From a virus (lineage: Duplodnaviria; Caudoviricetes): a DNA stretch of 64,000 nt. The stretch lies in IMG/VR virus record IMGVR_UViG_3300032132_000748; one strand, 5' to 3'. The notes beneath the pieces were generated by a model, which worked only from the letters and a program-made list of their open reading frames with translations, was not told the origin of the DNA and searched no databases. Of the stretch, positions 7,022 through 15,907 are shown one piece after another (position 1 is the first letter of the stretch; each line of letters opens with the position of its first letter). Position numbers and translations under genes: made by a program.

Positions 7022-7429
7022 ATGGCCTATTCCGAAAAAGTTGTAGATCACTTCAATAATCCACGAAATGTTGGATCATTAAACAAGAATGATCTAGACG
7101 TAGGAACTGGTATTGTCGGTGCCCCCGAATGTGGGGACGTAATGCGTTTACAACTCAAAATAAAGAACAATATTATTCAAGAAGCGAAATTTAAGACCTT
7201 CGGTTGTGGTTCAGCCATAGCAAGTTCTTCATTAGCTACTGAATGGGTCTTAGGAAAGTCCCTTGATGAGGCTAATAAAATAAAGAATGTTCAATTCGTT
7301 GAAGAACTATCTTTACCTCCTGTAAAAATACACTGTAGTGTGCTCGCAGAAGATGCGATCAAGGCTGCAATTAAAGACTACAAAGCAAAACAAAACACCA
7401 AAGTCGAAGACTTTACAGTTAAAGTATGA
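7022..7429 (+). CDS. iscU: Fe-S cluster scaffold IscU
   Basis: YSEKVVDHF, GAPECGD, FKTFGCGSAIASS, LPPVKIHCS. Confidence 0.97.
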   Translation: MAYSEKVVDHFNNPRNVGSLNKNDLDVGTGIVGAPECGDVMRLQLKIKNNIIQEAKFKTFGCGSAIASSSLATEWVLGKSLDEANKIKNVQFVEELSLPPVKIHCSVLAEDAIKAAIKDYKAKQNTKVEDFTVKV

Positions 7430-7653
7430 CTGATCTAGCTGATCTTCAGCGGATTCTCAAAGAGATGAGAAAAGAAAATAAAAGACTTCGATCAGAACGA
7501 AAACATTTCATAGCTAGAGATGGTCTACGACACTTAAATAATTACACCATTAGAACAATAGAATCATCTTACTACCAAGATAAAAAAGGTAGATACAGAT
7601 GCCAAGATTGTAAACGTTTTGTAATTGAACCTCGACATACAACGCTCTTATAG
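7426..7653 (+). CDS. Hypothetical protein
   Basis: ATGA overlap with iscU; coiled coil plus CxxC. Confidence 0.6.
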   Translation: MTDLADLQRILKEMRKENKRLRSERKHFIARDGLRHLNNYTIRTIESSYYQDKKGRYRCQDCKRFVIEPRHTTLL

Positions 7654-7715
7654 TTTAATTAGTAGAATCTCTGTTTCGTAATCAGAGGGAGTCAGTGCAA
7701 TTCTGACTAAGAGCT
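7644..7715 (+). tRNA. tRNA-Thr(CGT)
   Basis: Acceptor GCTCTTA/TAAGAGC, loop TTCGTAA. Confidence 0.85.
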
Positions 7716-7733
7716 TTTGGTATAATTCGTATC

Positions 7734-8015
7734 ATGCAATTATCCTACTACACAACACCAGGAACCGGACCCTTAAGCTGGCAAAAAACAAACGAAAATG
7801 TTCGTAAAGTCAGTGATAATGAATTTCGTAAGCATACGTCTTCATTTTATGACCTAGATGGCAAAAAAGAAGGCTTTCTTTCAAAGTTAGCCAAAGCTTT
7901 CAAAGGCAAGAAGAAACGTCCAAAAGGTTCTTGGGGGTTACGTGTTGGTCATAGAGGAGATACCTCTCAGCGACCAGGATTTTTGCAGGGCATTGACGAT
8001 CACTGGTGGGGTTAA
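7734..8015 (+). CDS. Hypothetical basic protein
   Basis: ATG 7 nt after TGGTATAAT. Confidence 0.6.
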   Translation: MQLSYYTTPGTGPLSWQKTNENVRKVSDNEFRKHTSSFYDLDGKKEGFLSKLAKAFKGKKKRPKGSWGLRVGHRGDTSQRPGFLQGIDDHWWG

Positions 8016-8096
8016 GTCCTTCAACTTCAAGCATTTAAGAAAATATCAATCAAGTGACAGCTAACTTCGGTTAGTTAGTCATTAATATACAACCGC

Positions 8097-8168
8097 AGCG
8101 GTATGGTGTAAGTAGTAACTCACTAATTTCATACGTTAGAGTTATGGGTGCAAGTCCCGTTACCGCTA
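8097..8168 (+). tRNA. tRNA with CAT anticodon (Met)
   Basis: CTAAT-TTCATAC-GTTAG; acceptor AGCGGTA/TACCGCT. Confidence 0.8.
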
Positions 8169-8172
8169 TTAC

Positions 8173-8243
8173 GGGGATATGGTGAAACAGGATCATATTT
8201 GCCTGGCAGGCAAAAGTTTTGGGCGCGATTCCCAATATCTCCA
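8173..8243 (+). tRNA. tRNA-Ala(GGC)
   Basis: G3:U70; TTTGC-CTGGCAG-GCAAA. Confidence 0.9.
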
Positions 8244-8246
8244 TAT

Positions 8247-8384
8247 ATGATGGGCCGACTTTGTTTTCGGTTATCGATCTACGGAATCCGTGGAGGAGGT
8301 TCGAATCCTTCACTCTCGATACGTCGAGAGTTAGTGTAATGGTAGCACACGCAAACCCCGAGGACGCCCTTTATTGCTCGTCAT
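8247..8384 (+). ncRNA. Y RNA-like RNA 7; permuted tRNA body, ACG loop
   Basis: ATGATGGGCCGA...TTGCTCGTCAT, GGTTATC, GAT-CTACGGA-ATC, T arm GGAGG-TTCGAAT-CCTTC, ACTCTCGA-TACG-TCGAGAGT, D arm GTGTAATGGTAGCAC. Confidence 0.8.
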
Positions 8385-8388
8385 GTTT

Positions 8389-8462
8389 CAGGCTGTAGCT
8401 CAGCTTAGTAGAGCGCTAGTTCGGGGAACTAGAAGTCGCAGGTGCGAATCCTGTCAGCCTGA
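8389..8462 (+). tRNA. tRNA-Pro(GGG)
   Basis: CTAGT-TCGGGGA-ACTAG; acceptor CAGGCTG/CAGCCTG. Confidence 0.85.
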
Positions 8463-8514
8463 TTTTTTAAAAGTGTCAATCATATTGACTGGAGCAGAAG
8501 GAAAAGGTGAACCG

Positions 8515-9399
8515 ATGGGTTACCAAAAAATCAAAAATCTGTACCAGGATCCAACAATCCTAACACTCTTCCGAGAAGTATACTGTCTAGAAAAAATTCA
8601 CGGCACATCAGCTCATATTACATGGAAAGATGGAAAAGTGAGCTATTTCTCTGGCGGTGAAAAGCATGCTAATTTCGTAAAGCTATTTGATGAGGAAACT
8701 CTTGTTAAAAAGCTCACCGAAGAATTCGGTAACTACACTACTGTTACTATTTACGGTGAGGCTTACGGAGGTAGCTGCCAGAGAATGTCTACCACTTATG
8801 GTAAGCAGCTAAGATTCGTTGCTTTTGAAGTCAATATTGACGATCACTGGCTCGACGTTCTAAACGCTGAAGATGTTACTAAGAAAATGGGTCTTGAATT
8901 CGTTGATTACATTAAGGGTCCTGCTACTCTTGAATTTGTTAACGAACAACGGGATCGTCCCAGCACTCAGGCTATTCGTAATGGTATTACTGATGAGCCT
9001 AAGCTTCGAGAAGGTGTCGTTATTCGACCCTTAATTGAGCTTGCTAAGAATGACGGTAATCGTCTTATGGTGAAGCACAAGGGAGAAGCATTCTCAGAGC
9101 ACAAAACTCCTCGTGAGGTTAACCCTGAGAAAGTGAAAGTCATGTCTGACGCTAGAGAAATAGCCGAAGACTGGGTCACTGCAATGCGTCTTGAACACGT
9201 AATGGACAAACTCAGCCCTGACGGTATTGAATTAACTGTTAAAAGCACTAGAGAAGTGATTTCTGCAATGGTTCAGGACGTTAAGGACGAGAGTGAGGGA
9301 GAAATCGTATGGACTCCTGCTGTCTCCAAGGCAATCGGTAAAGCGGCTGCGAACTTGTTTCATAGGCATCTTAAATCGAAGCTTGCCAGCCTAGAATAG
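8515..9399 (+). CDS. ATP-dependent RNA ligase, Rnl2-like
   Basis: Motif I EKIHGTS, IYGEAYG, FVAFEV, REGVVIRP, KHK; start moved to ATG 8515 because the upstream part overlaps RNA genes. Confidence 0.85.
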   Translation: MGYQKIKNLYQDPTILTLFREVYCLEKIHGTSAHITWKDGKVSYFSGGEKHANFVKLFDEETLVKKLTEEFGNYTTVTIYGEAYGGSCQRMSTTYGKQLRFVAFEVNIDDHWLDVLNAEDVTKKMGLEFVDYIKGPATLEFVNEQRDRPSTQAIRNGITDEPKLREGVVIRPLIELAKNDGNRLMVKHKGEAFSEHKTPREVNPEKVKVMSDAREIAEDWVTAMRLEHVMDKLSPDGIELTVKSTREVISAMVQDVKDESEGEIVWTPAVSKAIGKAAANLFHRHLKSKLASLE

Positions 9400-9400
9400 A

Positions 9401-9436
9401 GTTCGGGGCTTAGTCGATCTTCGGCTAAGCCCTAAC
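9401..9436 (+). terminator. Hairpin after RNA ligase
   Basis: GGGCTTAGTCGA/TCGGCTAAGCCC inverted repeat. Confidence 0.5.
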
Positions 9437-9486
9437 TCTTGACTAAGATCAACGATACAGTATAGTAGTAGCAACAAGGAAGTATC

Positions 9487-9582
9487 ATGGGAAACAAAGA
9501 TAAGAAAAAAGAGAAGAAGAAACCTAAAAAGGTTAAACCTCCAAAAAATCCAAAACCTAATACTGATCCAAAGAATAAATAA
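9487..9582 (+). CDS. 31-aa Lys/Pro-rich peptide (not in ORF track)
   Basis: MGNKDKKKEKKKPKKVKPPKNPKPNTDPKNK; AAGGA RBS and TTGACT/TATAGT promoter upstream. Confidence 0.6.
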   Translation: MGNKDKKKEKKKPKKVKPPKNPKPNTDPKNK

Positions 9583-9599
9583 TGTTATGATATAAATAG

Positions 9600-9803
9600 T
9601 TCTAATACAGCCCCGTTTGCTCTATTAGAAGTATGAGTGGTTGCCAAAACCACTCCGATGATATAATACTCACCGAGTATATCTAGCGGAAGACGGGCCG
9701 CTAGCTTAAATGAGGACCTGTGCCAGCCTCAAATCGGCACCACCCACTTGGGGTTAGTAATTTTGCTGCCCCTTAAATTAAAATCAACTAATAGGAGGTT
9801 GAC
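9600..9803 (+). ncRNA. Candidate structured RNA/leader with two pseudoknots
   Basis: Five or more hairpins, kissing loop CCCGTTT/AGACGGG, H-type pseudoknot TGAGG/CCTCA + GTGCC/GGCAC. Confidence 0.5.
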
Positions 9804-9804
9804 T

Positions 9805-10712
9805 ATGACACCGCTAAACGCATTTTAACTCGATTTGAGGAATTCGGATTTCCTCTCCATATCGACAAAAACATTCTTCCGAATGACAATTCAACTGTCT
9901 TTGTTTGCTCAGGGATGCAACAGGTTAAAGAGAGATTCTCAAATCCTGACGGATCCAAATACGGCTCACTTCAGAGCTGCATTAGAACAAACGATATAGA
10001 CTTAATCGGTGATGGCTCACATCTCACATATTTTGAGATGATGGGCAATTTTTCTTTTGGGGGCGATGATTACTTTGCTTCAATTGATCTTTGGGATTGC
10101 TTACTCAAAGATCTAAAAATCCCCGTTACCCACATTACCGTTCACCCAACTCAGGATCACCACAAACAATATTGGCTCAATAAGGGCTACCAAGTCAAAC
10201 CGGACGAAGAATGTGTCTGGAGCGACGGAAATATTGGTGGATATTGTTGTGAGGTATTTGTAGGAGACCTAGAGATAGGTAACCTAGTTAATACTTTGGG
10301 ACACTCGACAGACGTTGGGTTTGGTTTCGAGAGAATTATTCAAATAATCGAGCAAAAGTCTAGAGTAGACGAAACTTCGATATTTGACCAGACTCTCCAC
10401 CCAATTGTTCGGGACCACTACCGAACATTACTATCCCTCAAAGAAAATGGGGTAGATCCTGGCTATAAAAGTAGAAACTGTATTACTCGAAGGCTACTTC
10501 ATCGTGCCCTCGACCTAGAAGATCAATCTAAACTATCTGAATTTTCAGAATGGATTGAATCTGAAAAGCAGCTCTACGAAAAAAAGCTTAGAACTGCTAA
10601 GAGAGTTTGGAAGAAGCATAAAAAGAAGCCCTACTCCTGGTGGAAAGAAAGCTTCGGTTTAACAGAGGACGAGTATGATCTTCTTGTTAAGATGAAAGCT
10701 AAGCCAGGTTAA
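9805..10712 (+). CDS. Truncated alanyl-tRNA synthetase-like protein (catalytic domain only); 5' start out of frame
   Basis: DNSTVFVCSGMQQVK, QSCIRTNDIDLIG, HLTYFEMMGNFSFG, GPCCE-like GYCCEV, LEIGNLV, DVGFGFERI; homology extends upstream of ATG 9915. Confidence 0.85.
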
Positions 10713-11389
10713 GTAGGCTTTTTATAGACGTAGACTGTATACTCATACATGTTGTAATCATTTCTAATTACAAAATGTCGGCTGACTTCCTTTGTTAGGA
10801 AGTCAGCCAGAGTATCTAGAGGGAGATGAAATAAATCGTCTCTCTCCCAGTCTACCTGTTTCGACATCACGTTAAATGCAATCCCACGAGCCGCCCCATC
10901 ATAGGCGGCTTTTATTATGTCTCTAGAAAATCCCCACATCTCGTCAAAGGAGAGTTTGTCTTTGACGGTGAGGATACCATTCATGACTATATAGTCATAA
11001 GACTCAGGAGTAAGGGGGTTTTTGAGTATATCTTGAGCAATGAATTTATCTTTTATGTTTGGGTATTCTTCTTTACAGAATTTTATAAATTCTGGATTTA
11101 TATCCATACCAGTATACCTACAACGCCAATTTATTTGCTTATGTTTTGGAGATATGAGATGCGGCCAAAACTTACCAGTCCCACAACCTAAGTCTAATAA
11201 TTTCCACCCAACGTAGGGGACAATACTATCATCGTCTGTATCAGAGGGCCTTTCTCGCATGACATCAGCCATGATGTTGAAACGTTTTTCCATGCCTTCC
11301 GCATTTTGCCAAGCTAGACCTTCAGGGGTGTCTCCAAATTGGGCAAAAGTAGCATCATAGTAGTCTTTGATAACATTGTAGTCAGTCAT
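10709..11389 (-). CDS. Class I SAM-dependent methyltransferase
   Basis: LLDLGCGTG, YTGMDI, YDYIVMNG. Confidence 0.9.
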   Translation of the reverse strand: MTDYNVIKDYYDATFAQFGDTPEGLAWQNAEGMEKRFNIMADVMRERPSDTDDDSIVPYVGWKLLDLGCGTGKFWPHLISPKHKQINWRCRYTGMDINPEFIKFCKEEYPNIKDKFIAQDILKNPLTPESYDYIVMNGILTVKDKLSFDEMWGFSRDIIKAAYDGAARGIAFNVMSKQVDWERDDLFHLPLDTLADFLTKEVSRHFVIRNDYNMYEYTVYVYKKPT

Positions 11390-11440
11390 ATTACCTTAAA
11401 GATAAGTGATACCTCTATATTTACAAGGTATAATGAATCA

Positions 11441-12043
11441 ATGAGCAAAATATTTGGAATAGGTTTTCATAAAACAGGAACAACATCTCTAGAAAAATGT
11501 CTTCTAGATTTGGGTTATAGACCACAAGCTGCTTGGGGAGAATCAAATCATCTAAACAAAAATTGGTTTAATAAAGATTATGATCCTATAATTAATTTCG
11601 CTAAACGTTTTAAAAGTTTAAGTGATGGTCCTTGGAATTTCGGAGATTTTTATAAAGTTCTGGATAAACATTTTCCGGATAGTAAATTTATTCTTACGGT
11701 AAGAGACTCAGATAGTTGGTTTAATTCCCTAAGAAAATGGTGTACACCTCGCTACGGGATTAAATCTTCTATAAAATGCTTGCCAGATGGTCCGGCCTTC
11801 CATAAGGCTATATTTGGTATGACAGAAGACTCACTAGAAGACCACGAGACGCGATATAAGAGCGTCTACGAGCAGCGCAACCAAGACATAGTGGATCACT
11901 TCAAAGATACTAATAAGTTGCTTGTAGTGGACTGGAATCAGCATGGATGGAAAGAACTCTGTGAATTTTTAGAAATTCCAACAGTTAAAAGAGCATTCCC
12001 TCACATGAATAAGGGTAAAATAAACCACATTAAACAAAATTAG
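11441..12043 (+). CDS. Sulfotransferase (P-loop type)
   Basis: KIFGIGFHKTGTTSL, KFILTVRD..W..S, GWKELCEFL, FPHMN. Confidence 0.88.
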   Translation: MSKIFGIGFHKTGTTSLEKCLLDLGYRPQAAWGESNHLNKNWFNKDYDPIINFAKRFKSLSDGPWNFGDFYKVLDKHFPDSKFILTVRDSDSWFNSLRKWCTPRYGIKSSIKCLPDGPAFHKAIFGMTEDSLEDHETRYKSVYEQRNQDIVDHFKDTNKLLVVDWNQHGWKELCEFLEIPTVKRAFPHMNKGKINHIKQN

Positions 12044-12087
12044 TTCCTGTTCTTTCGGCTGAGATGTGTTTGTGGTACATTAAATCG

Positions 12088-13242
12088 ATGACCATTCCCT
12101 TATTCAAAGTATTTATGGCGGATACAGCCGGTGACGCTGTCTCCAAGGTGTTAGACAGTGGTTACATAGGGCAAGGCCCGAAGGTGGAAGCCTTTGAGTC
12201 TCAGCTTAAGTCTTGGTTTAACCATGACCTTTGTCTTACCTTGAACAGTGCCACGTCAGGACTACATCTAGCTCTCCATCTCCTCAAAAAAGAATTCTAC
12301 AGCGGTTTACGTGGCTGGGAAGGGATTCAACCAGGAGACGAAGTTTTAGCAACACCGTTAACATGCACAGCCAGCAATTGGCCAATATTAGCGAATAATT
12401 TCAAAATAAAATGGGTAGATGTAGACCCAACCACGTTGAATATGGATCTAGATGATCTTGCTCGTAAAATAACACCTACCACGAAGGCCATTATGTTAGT
12501 TCATTGGGGCGGCTACCCGGTGGACTTAGATAGAGTTAAAGAGATTCAACAAAAAGCTTTTGATATGTATGGTTTCAAACCTGCTGTCATAGAGGATTGT
12601 GCTCACAGTTTTGGTAGCACCTATAAAGGAAAAAGAATTGGAACTCATGGCAACATAAATGTTTTTAGTTTTCAAGCTATTAAGCATTTAACCACTGGTG
12701 ATGGTGGTTTAGTGGTGCTACCCCACCAAGAGCTATACAATCGTGCCAAGCTCATACGTTGGTATGGAATTGACAGAGATACAAATAGGAAAGATTTCCG
12801 TTGCGAAGCAGATATCACTGAGTGGGGTTACAAATTTCATATGAATGATATTGCTGCGGCTATCGGTCTGGAGAACTTTAAACATGTTGAAAAAGAAGTT
12901 ATTGAAAAACAGCAGCAAAATGCGGCGTTCTATGATGCATCATTCAAAGATTTTGAAGGCGTGACTCTGCTGGAAAATAAAGACGATAGAGAATCCGCCC
13001 ACTGGCTTTATACTATTAAAGTTCAACGTCGTGAGAATTTCATCGCGGCACTCAAAGCTAGGGGTGTAACAGCAAGTCGTGTTCACGAAAGAAATGACAA
13101 ACATACTTGCACCAGACCTTTTCTGACTCAACTACCTAATTTAGAAAAAGTTGTTAAAGAGATGGTATGTATACCAGTTGGGTGGTGGCTATCTGATGAA
13201 GAACGTCAGCAAGTAGTTGATGCGGTTAAGGAGGGTTGGTAA
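12088..13242 (+). CDS. DegT/DnrJ/EryC1/StrS sugar aminotransferase
   Basis: NSATSGLHLAL, IEDCAH, FSFQAIKHLTTGDGG. Confidence 0.95.
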   Translation: MTIPLFKVFMADTAGDAVSKVLDSGYIGQGPKVEAFESQLKSWFNHDLCLTLNSATSGLHLALHLLKKEFYSGLRGWEGIQPGDEVLATPLTCTASNWPILANNFKIKWVDVDPTTLNMDLDDLARKITPTTKAIMLVHWGGYPVDLDRVKEIQQKAFDMYGFKPAVIEDCAHSFGSTYKGKRIGTHGNINVFSFQAIKHLTTGDGGLVVLPHQELYNRAKLIRWYGIDRDTNRKDFRCEADITEWGYKFHMNDIAAAIGLENFKHVEKEVIEKQQQNAAFYDASFKDFEGVTLLENKDDRESAHWLYTIKVQRRENFIAALKARGVTASRVHERNDKHTCTRPFLTQLPNLEKVVKEMVCIPVGWWLSDEERQQVVDAVKEGW

Positions 13243-13868
13243 TGCAAGTTTCTCATGAAATACTATATGGTATTAAAAGCTTTTACGATCACAAGGAAGG
13301 TATTTCTTTAAGAAAGGTTAATGAAACAGATTTGCCTGATTTGATGAATCTTAAAAATGAATCATGGTTTGGAACAGTAAATACTGTGTGTCTTAATATT
13401 CATGATCAACGTAAGTGGTTCGAAAAAATAAGTAACGACTCCTCTAGTATGTATTTCATCTGTAGTTCCGATCTAGGTAGGGGTGAAACAGATAATATAG
13501 GTCTTTATGGGTTTACTGATATAGACCCTATAAATCAAAGCTGTAGTTTTACTCATTCCCTTTACGAACGGTTTAGGGGCCAAGGGTTGGGTAAGAAAAC
13601 TCTCTACGCTGGAATAGATATGACCTTTGAAGTTTTCAACATGCGTCGTATTGAAACGTGGATTCTAGAAAATAACCAAGCAGAGATAGCCGTCGCCAAG
13701 TCAGTAGGTTTTGTGGGAGAGGGCTCTAAACGAAAAGCTATCTATAAATGTAATGAATACTTAGACTGCAATCTTTATGGTCTTCTAAGGGACGAATGGC
13801 AAGCCACTGATCGAGTAAAAGATTACAAGGGCCTCTGCAACACGTCCTACATGCCCAAGACGAGGTAA
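13242..13868 (+). CDS. GNAT N-acetyltransferase (RimJ/PseH-like)
   Basis: FRGQGLGK, N..A....KSVGFVGEG. Confidence 0.85.
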   Translation: MQVSHEILYGIKSFYDHKEGISLRKVNETDLPDLMNLKNESWFGTVNTVCLNIHDQRKWFEKISNDSSSMYFICSSDLGRGETDNIGLYGFTDIDPINQSCSFTHSLYERFRGQGLGKKTLYAGIDMTFEVFNMRRIETWILENNQAEIAVAKSVGFVGEGSKRKAIYKCNEYLDCNLYGLLRDEWQATDRVKDYKGLCNTSYMPKTR

Positions 13869-13870
13869 GC

Positions 13871-15907
13871 ATGCGTTATGTAACTTCTCTTTTAGTAACC
13901 GGAGGGGCGACCGGACATAGATTTAAAGATCAGCTTACGGCTCGCGTGGCCTCCGAGCTATATGATCTTACCTACGTCCACTCCCCTTTCCCTAAAGATC
14001 TTTATGATGAGCATCTTTGGGAAGAGTTCCTGGGTTTCGGTGACGACCATCCTAAGCTCTATGAGATAGATTTTTCTAAACTTAAACAAGTACGAATAGA
14101 TAAGAATGCTTGGAGGGGGTCTGATTTCTCCTATATTGAGAATATAATTAAATCACATCCTGAAGATAATGTAATTTTTATCTTTACAGAGTCTGCTAGA
14201 ATTCTTGTTGAACAGGTAGAAAAATCGATTCGAGATAGAACTATAGGTGCTCTTAAAGAAAAATACTGGAATAGGCGAGCTATATCTCCCATTAAGAGCT
14301 ATTTCAGTGAGAACACTATAAGTGTAGCGCTCCATGTTCGTCGAGGTAAGGATGTTACTTTAGATAAGCCCACTAAATGGAGATTTACTAAAAATAACTA
14401 TTACATAAAGATAATTAAGAATTTAATTAAAGCAATTCCACATCCTATAAATTTTCATATTTATTCAGAAGGTGTTGCTGAAGAATTTAAAGAGTTTACA
14501 AAAATTCCTGGCGTATTTATTCACCTCTGTCCTTGGCCTCCCGCTAATTACAACGATTTATTTAATGTGTTTCATCACATGATAACTGCGGATATACTAG
14601 TAACCGCTACTAGCGAATTTTCATATTTTCTATCTCATATGAGTTCTGGTTATGTGCTGACGCTACCTATGAAAGGTGTTGTTAAATTACCAATAGATGA
14701 ACGATTTGCTAAAACTACGTCTGATGGTTCTTTTGACGAGGACCAGCTAAGAAACTATTTATTTAAAACCGGAAAAATAACACTTAAAAACATGAATGAA
14801 GACTTTCCTCACGCATACAAAGCTTTTATTAAAGCAGATACTTTAGAAAATCCCTACGTTATCAATACACTCTATAAAAGATTGCTTAATCAAGGCATTA
14901 CTCCTATGCTTACTGATAAAAAATGGCAAGATATCGATAATAATGGAGACCCCTTTCTCTACTACAGAAATCCGTACCTAAGATTTGATAAAGAAAAAGA
15001 AATTCTGCAGTTTCATCACAATAACGACTTTCCTTTTATTCAAACGCAAGATGAAGAAATAATAAGTGTTAATCCCGCCAGTAAGGCTGTTACAGAATTT
15101 AATCTAAATGATAGAACCTATTTACATAATCCGAGTATTGAACCTTTGCCTATACTTCTAGGAACGCATCAGCGCCCGCTATACCTGGAACTCACATTAA
15201 ACAGTCTCATATACAATACAAAACACATACCTGACCAAAAAATATACATAGTTGCAAGTGCTCCTGATGATAAAACTAAAGAGATCATAACTAGGTTTAT
15301 GTCTGATAATGAAAATATAAATACAGTTTTGGTAGAGGAAAACATAGGTTATGGATTAACCAATTTCGGTGCTAAATTCTACAAACTTAAAAAGTTTATT
15401 CACTTCGAAGACGATGGTATTCTTCCAGACTCTACTTGCCATCTGTTGCCTTACTGGACGAAACAGCTCAATTATCGGACCCAAACAGCCGGGTTGGTAG
15501 GATTTAGAATATCTGAGCAAAATAGATGTGCCTATCTTCATACCCAGAGAGAAAAACACCTAGAAGATTACCGTGATTTATCGTTTACTGGAGCGATCTG
15601 GAACTACTTTACCCCACAACCTAATGATCTGCCCCCTATTAGTGGTCTGGGCCTTGTCATAGATAGCAACACAATGTATAGAGATTTTAAGAGAATCGGC
15701 ACCTTTCAAACAGATCTTAATCTCTATAATAATTCGGATTCTGTTTGCATCATAGATATTCCGGTCTACCATCTAGGCGCAAATCAAAAAATGGATTATG
15801 GTCTCAAAGCAACCCCCGCGATTAAGCAACATTACATAGGTATGGATCTAAAAAGTAGAATAACTCAGCAGATAGATTTGCTAAGGGATTGGTCAGAATA
15901 TGCGTAG
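13871..15907 (+). CDS. Two-domain putative glycosyltransferase (fucosyltransferase-like N-domain + GT-A-like C-domain)
   Basis: VALHVRRG and ADILVTATSEFS; C-half THQRPLYLELTLNSL...FIHFEDD. Confidence 0.6.
   Translation: MRYVTSLLVTGGATGHRFKDQLTARVASELYDLTYVHSPFPKDLYDEHLWEEFLGFGDDHPKLYEIDFSKLKQVRIDKNAWRGSDFSYIENIIKSHPEDNVIFIFTESARILVEQVEKSIRDRTIGALKEKYWNRRAISPIKSYFSENTISVALHVRRGKDVTLDKPTKWRFTKNNYYIKIIKNLIKAIPHPINFHIYSEGVAEEFKEFTKIPGVFIHLCPWPPANYNDLFNVFHHMITADILVTATSEFSYFLSHMSSGYVLTLPMKGVVKLPIDERFAKTTSDGSFDEDQLRNYLFKTGKITLKNMNEDFPHAYKAFIKADTLENPYVINTLYKRLLNQGITPMLTDKKWQDIDNNGDPFLYYRNPYLRFDKEKEILQFHHNNDFPFIQTQDEEIISVNPASKAVTEFNLNDRTYLHNPSIEPLPILLGTHQRPLYLELTLNSLIYNTKHIPDQKIYIVASAPDDKTKEIITRFMSDNENINTVLVEENIGYGLTNFGAKFYKLKKFIHFEDDGILPDSTCHLLPYWTKQLNYRTQTAGLVGFRISEQNRCAYLHTQREKHLEDYRDLSFTGAIWNYFTPQPNDLPPISGLGLVIDSNTMYRDFKRIGTFQTDLNLYNNSDSVCIIDIPVYHLGANQKMDYGLKATPAIKQHYIGMDLKSRITQQIDLLRDWSEYA

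Noticed and set aside
134-8339. Many short ORF-track entries in the array (e.g. 219-605, 3358-3651, 3947-4141, 4770-5024, 8071-8313)
   Set aside because: They overlap tRNA or Y-like RNA genes and are shadow ORFs
1081-8384. GGGCCGA...GGTTATC repeats as a CRISPR array
   Set aside because: Irregular spacing, degenerate copies, each pairs with a downstream TTGCTC, and no cas genes
8389-8462. tRNA-Pro as an expanded-anticodon frameshift suppressor
   Set aside because: A 5-bp stem leaves a normal 7-nt loop (GGG anticodon, C33)
9600-9803. tmRNA or T-box
   Set aside because: No tRNA-like domain with G3:U70, T-loop and CCA, no convincing tag frame, and no T-box consensus
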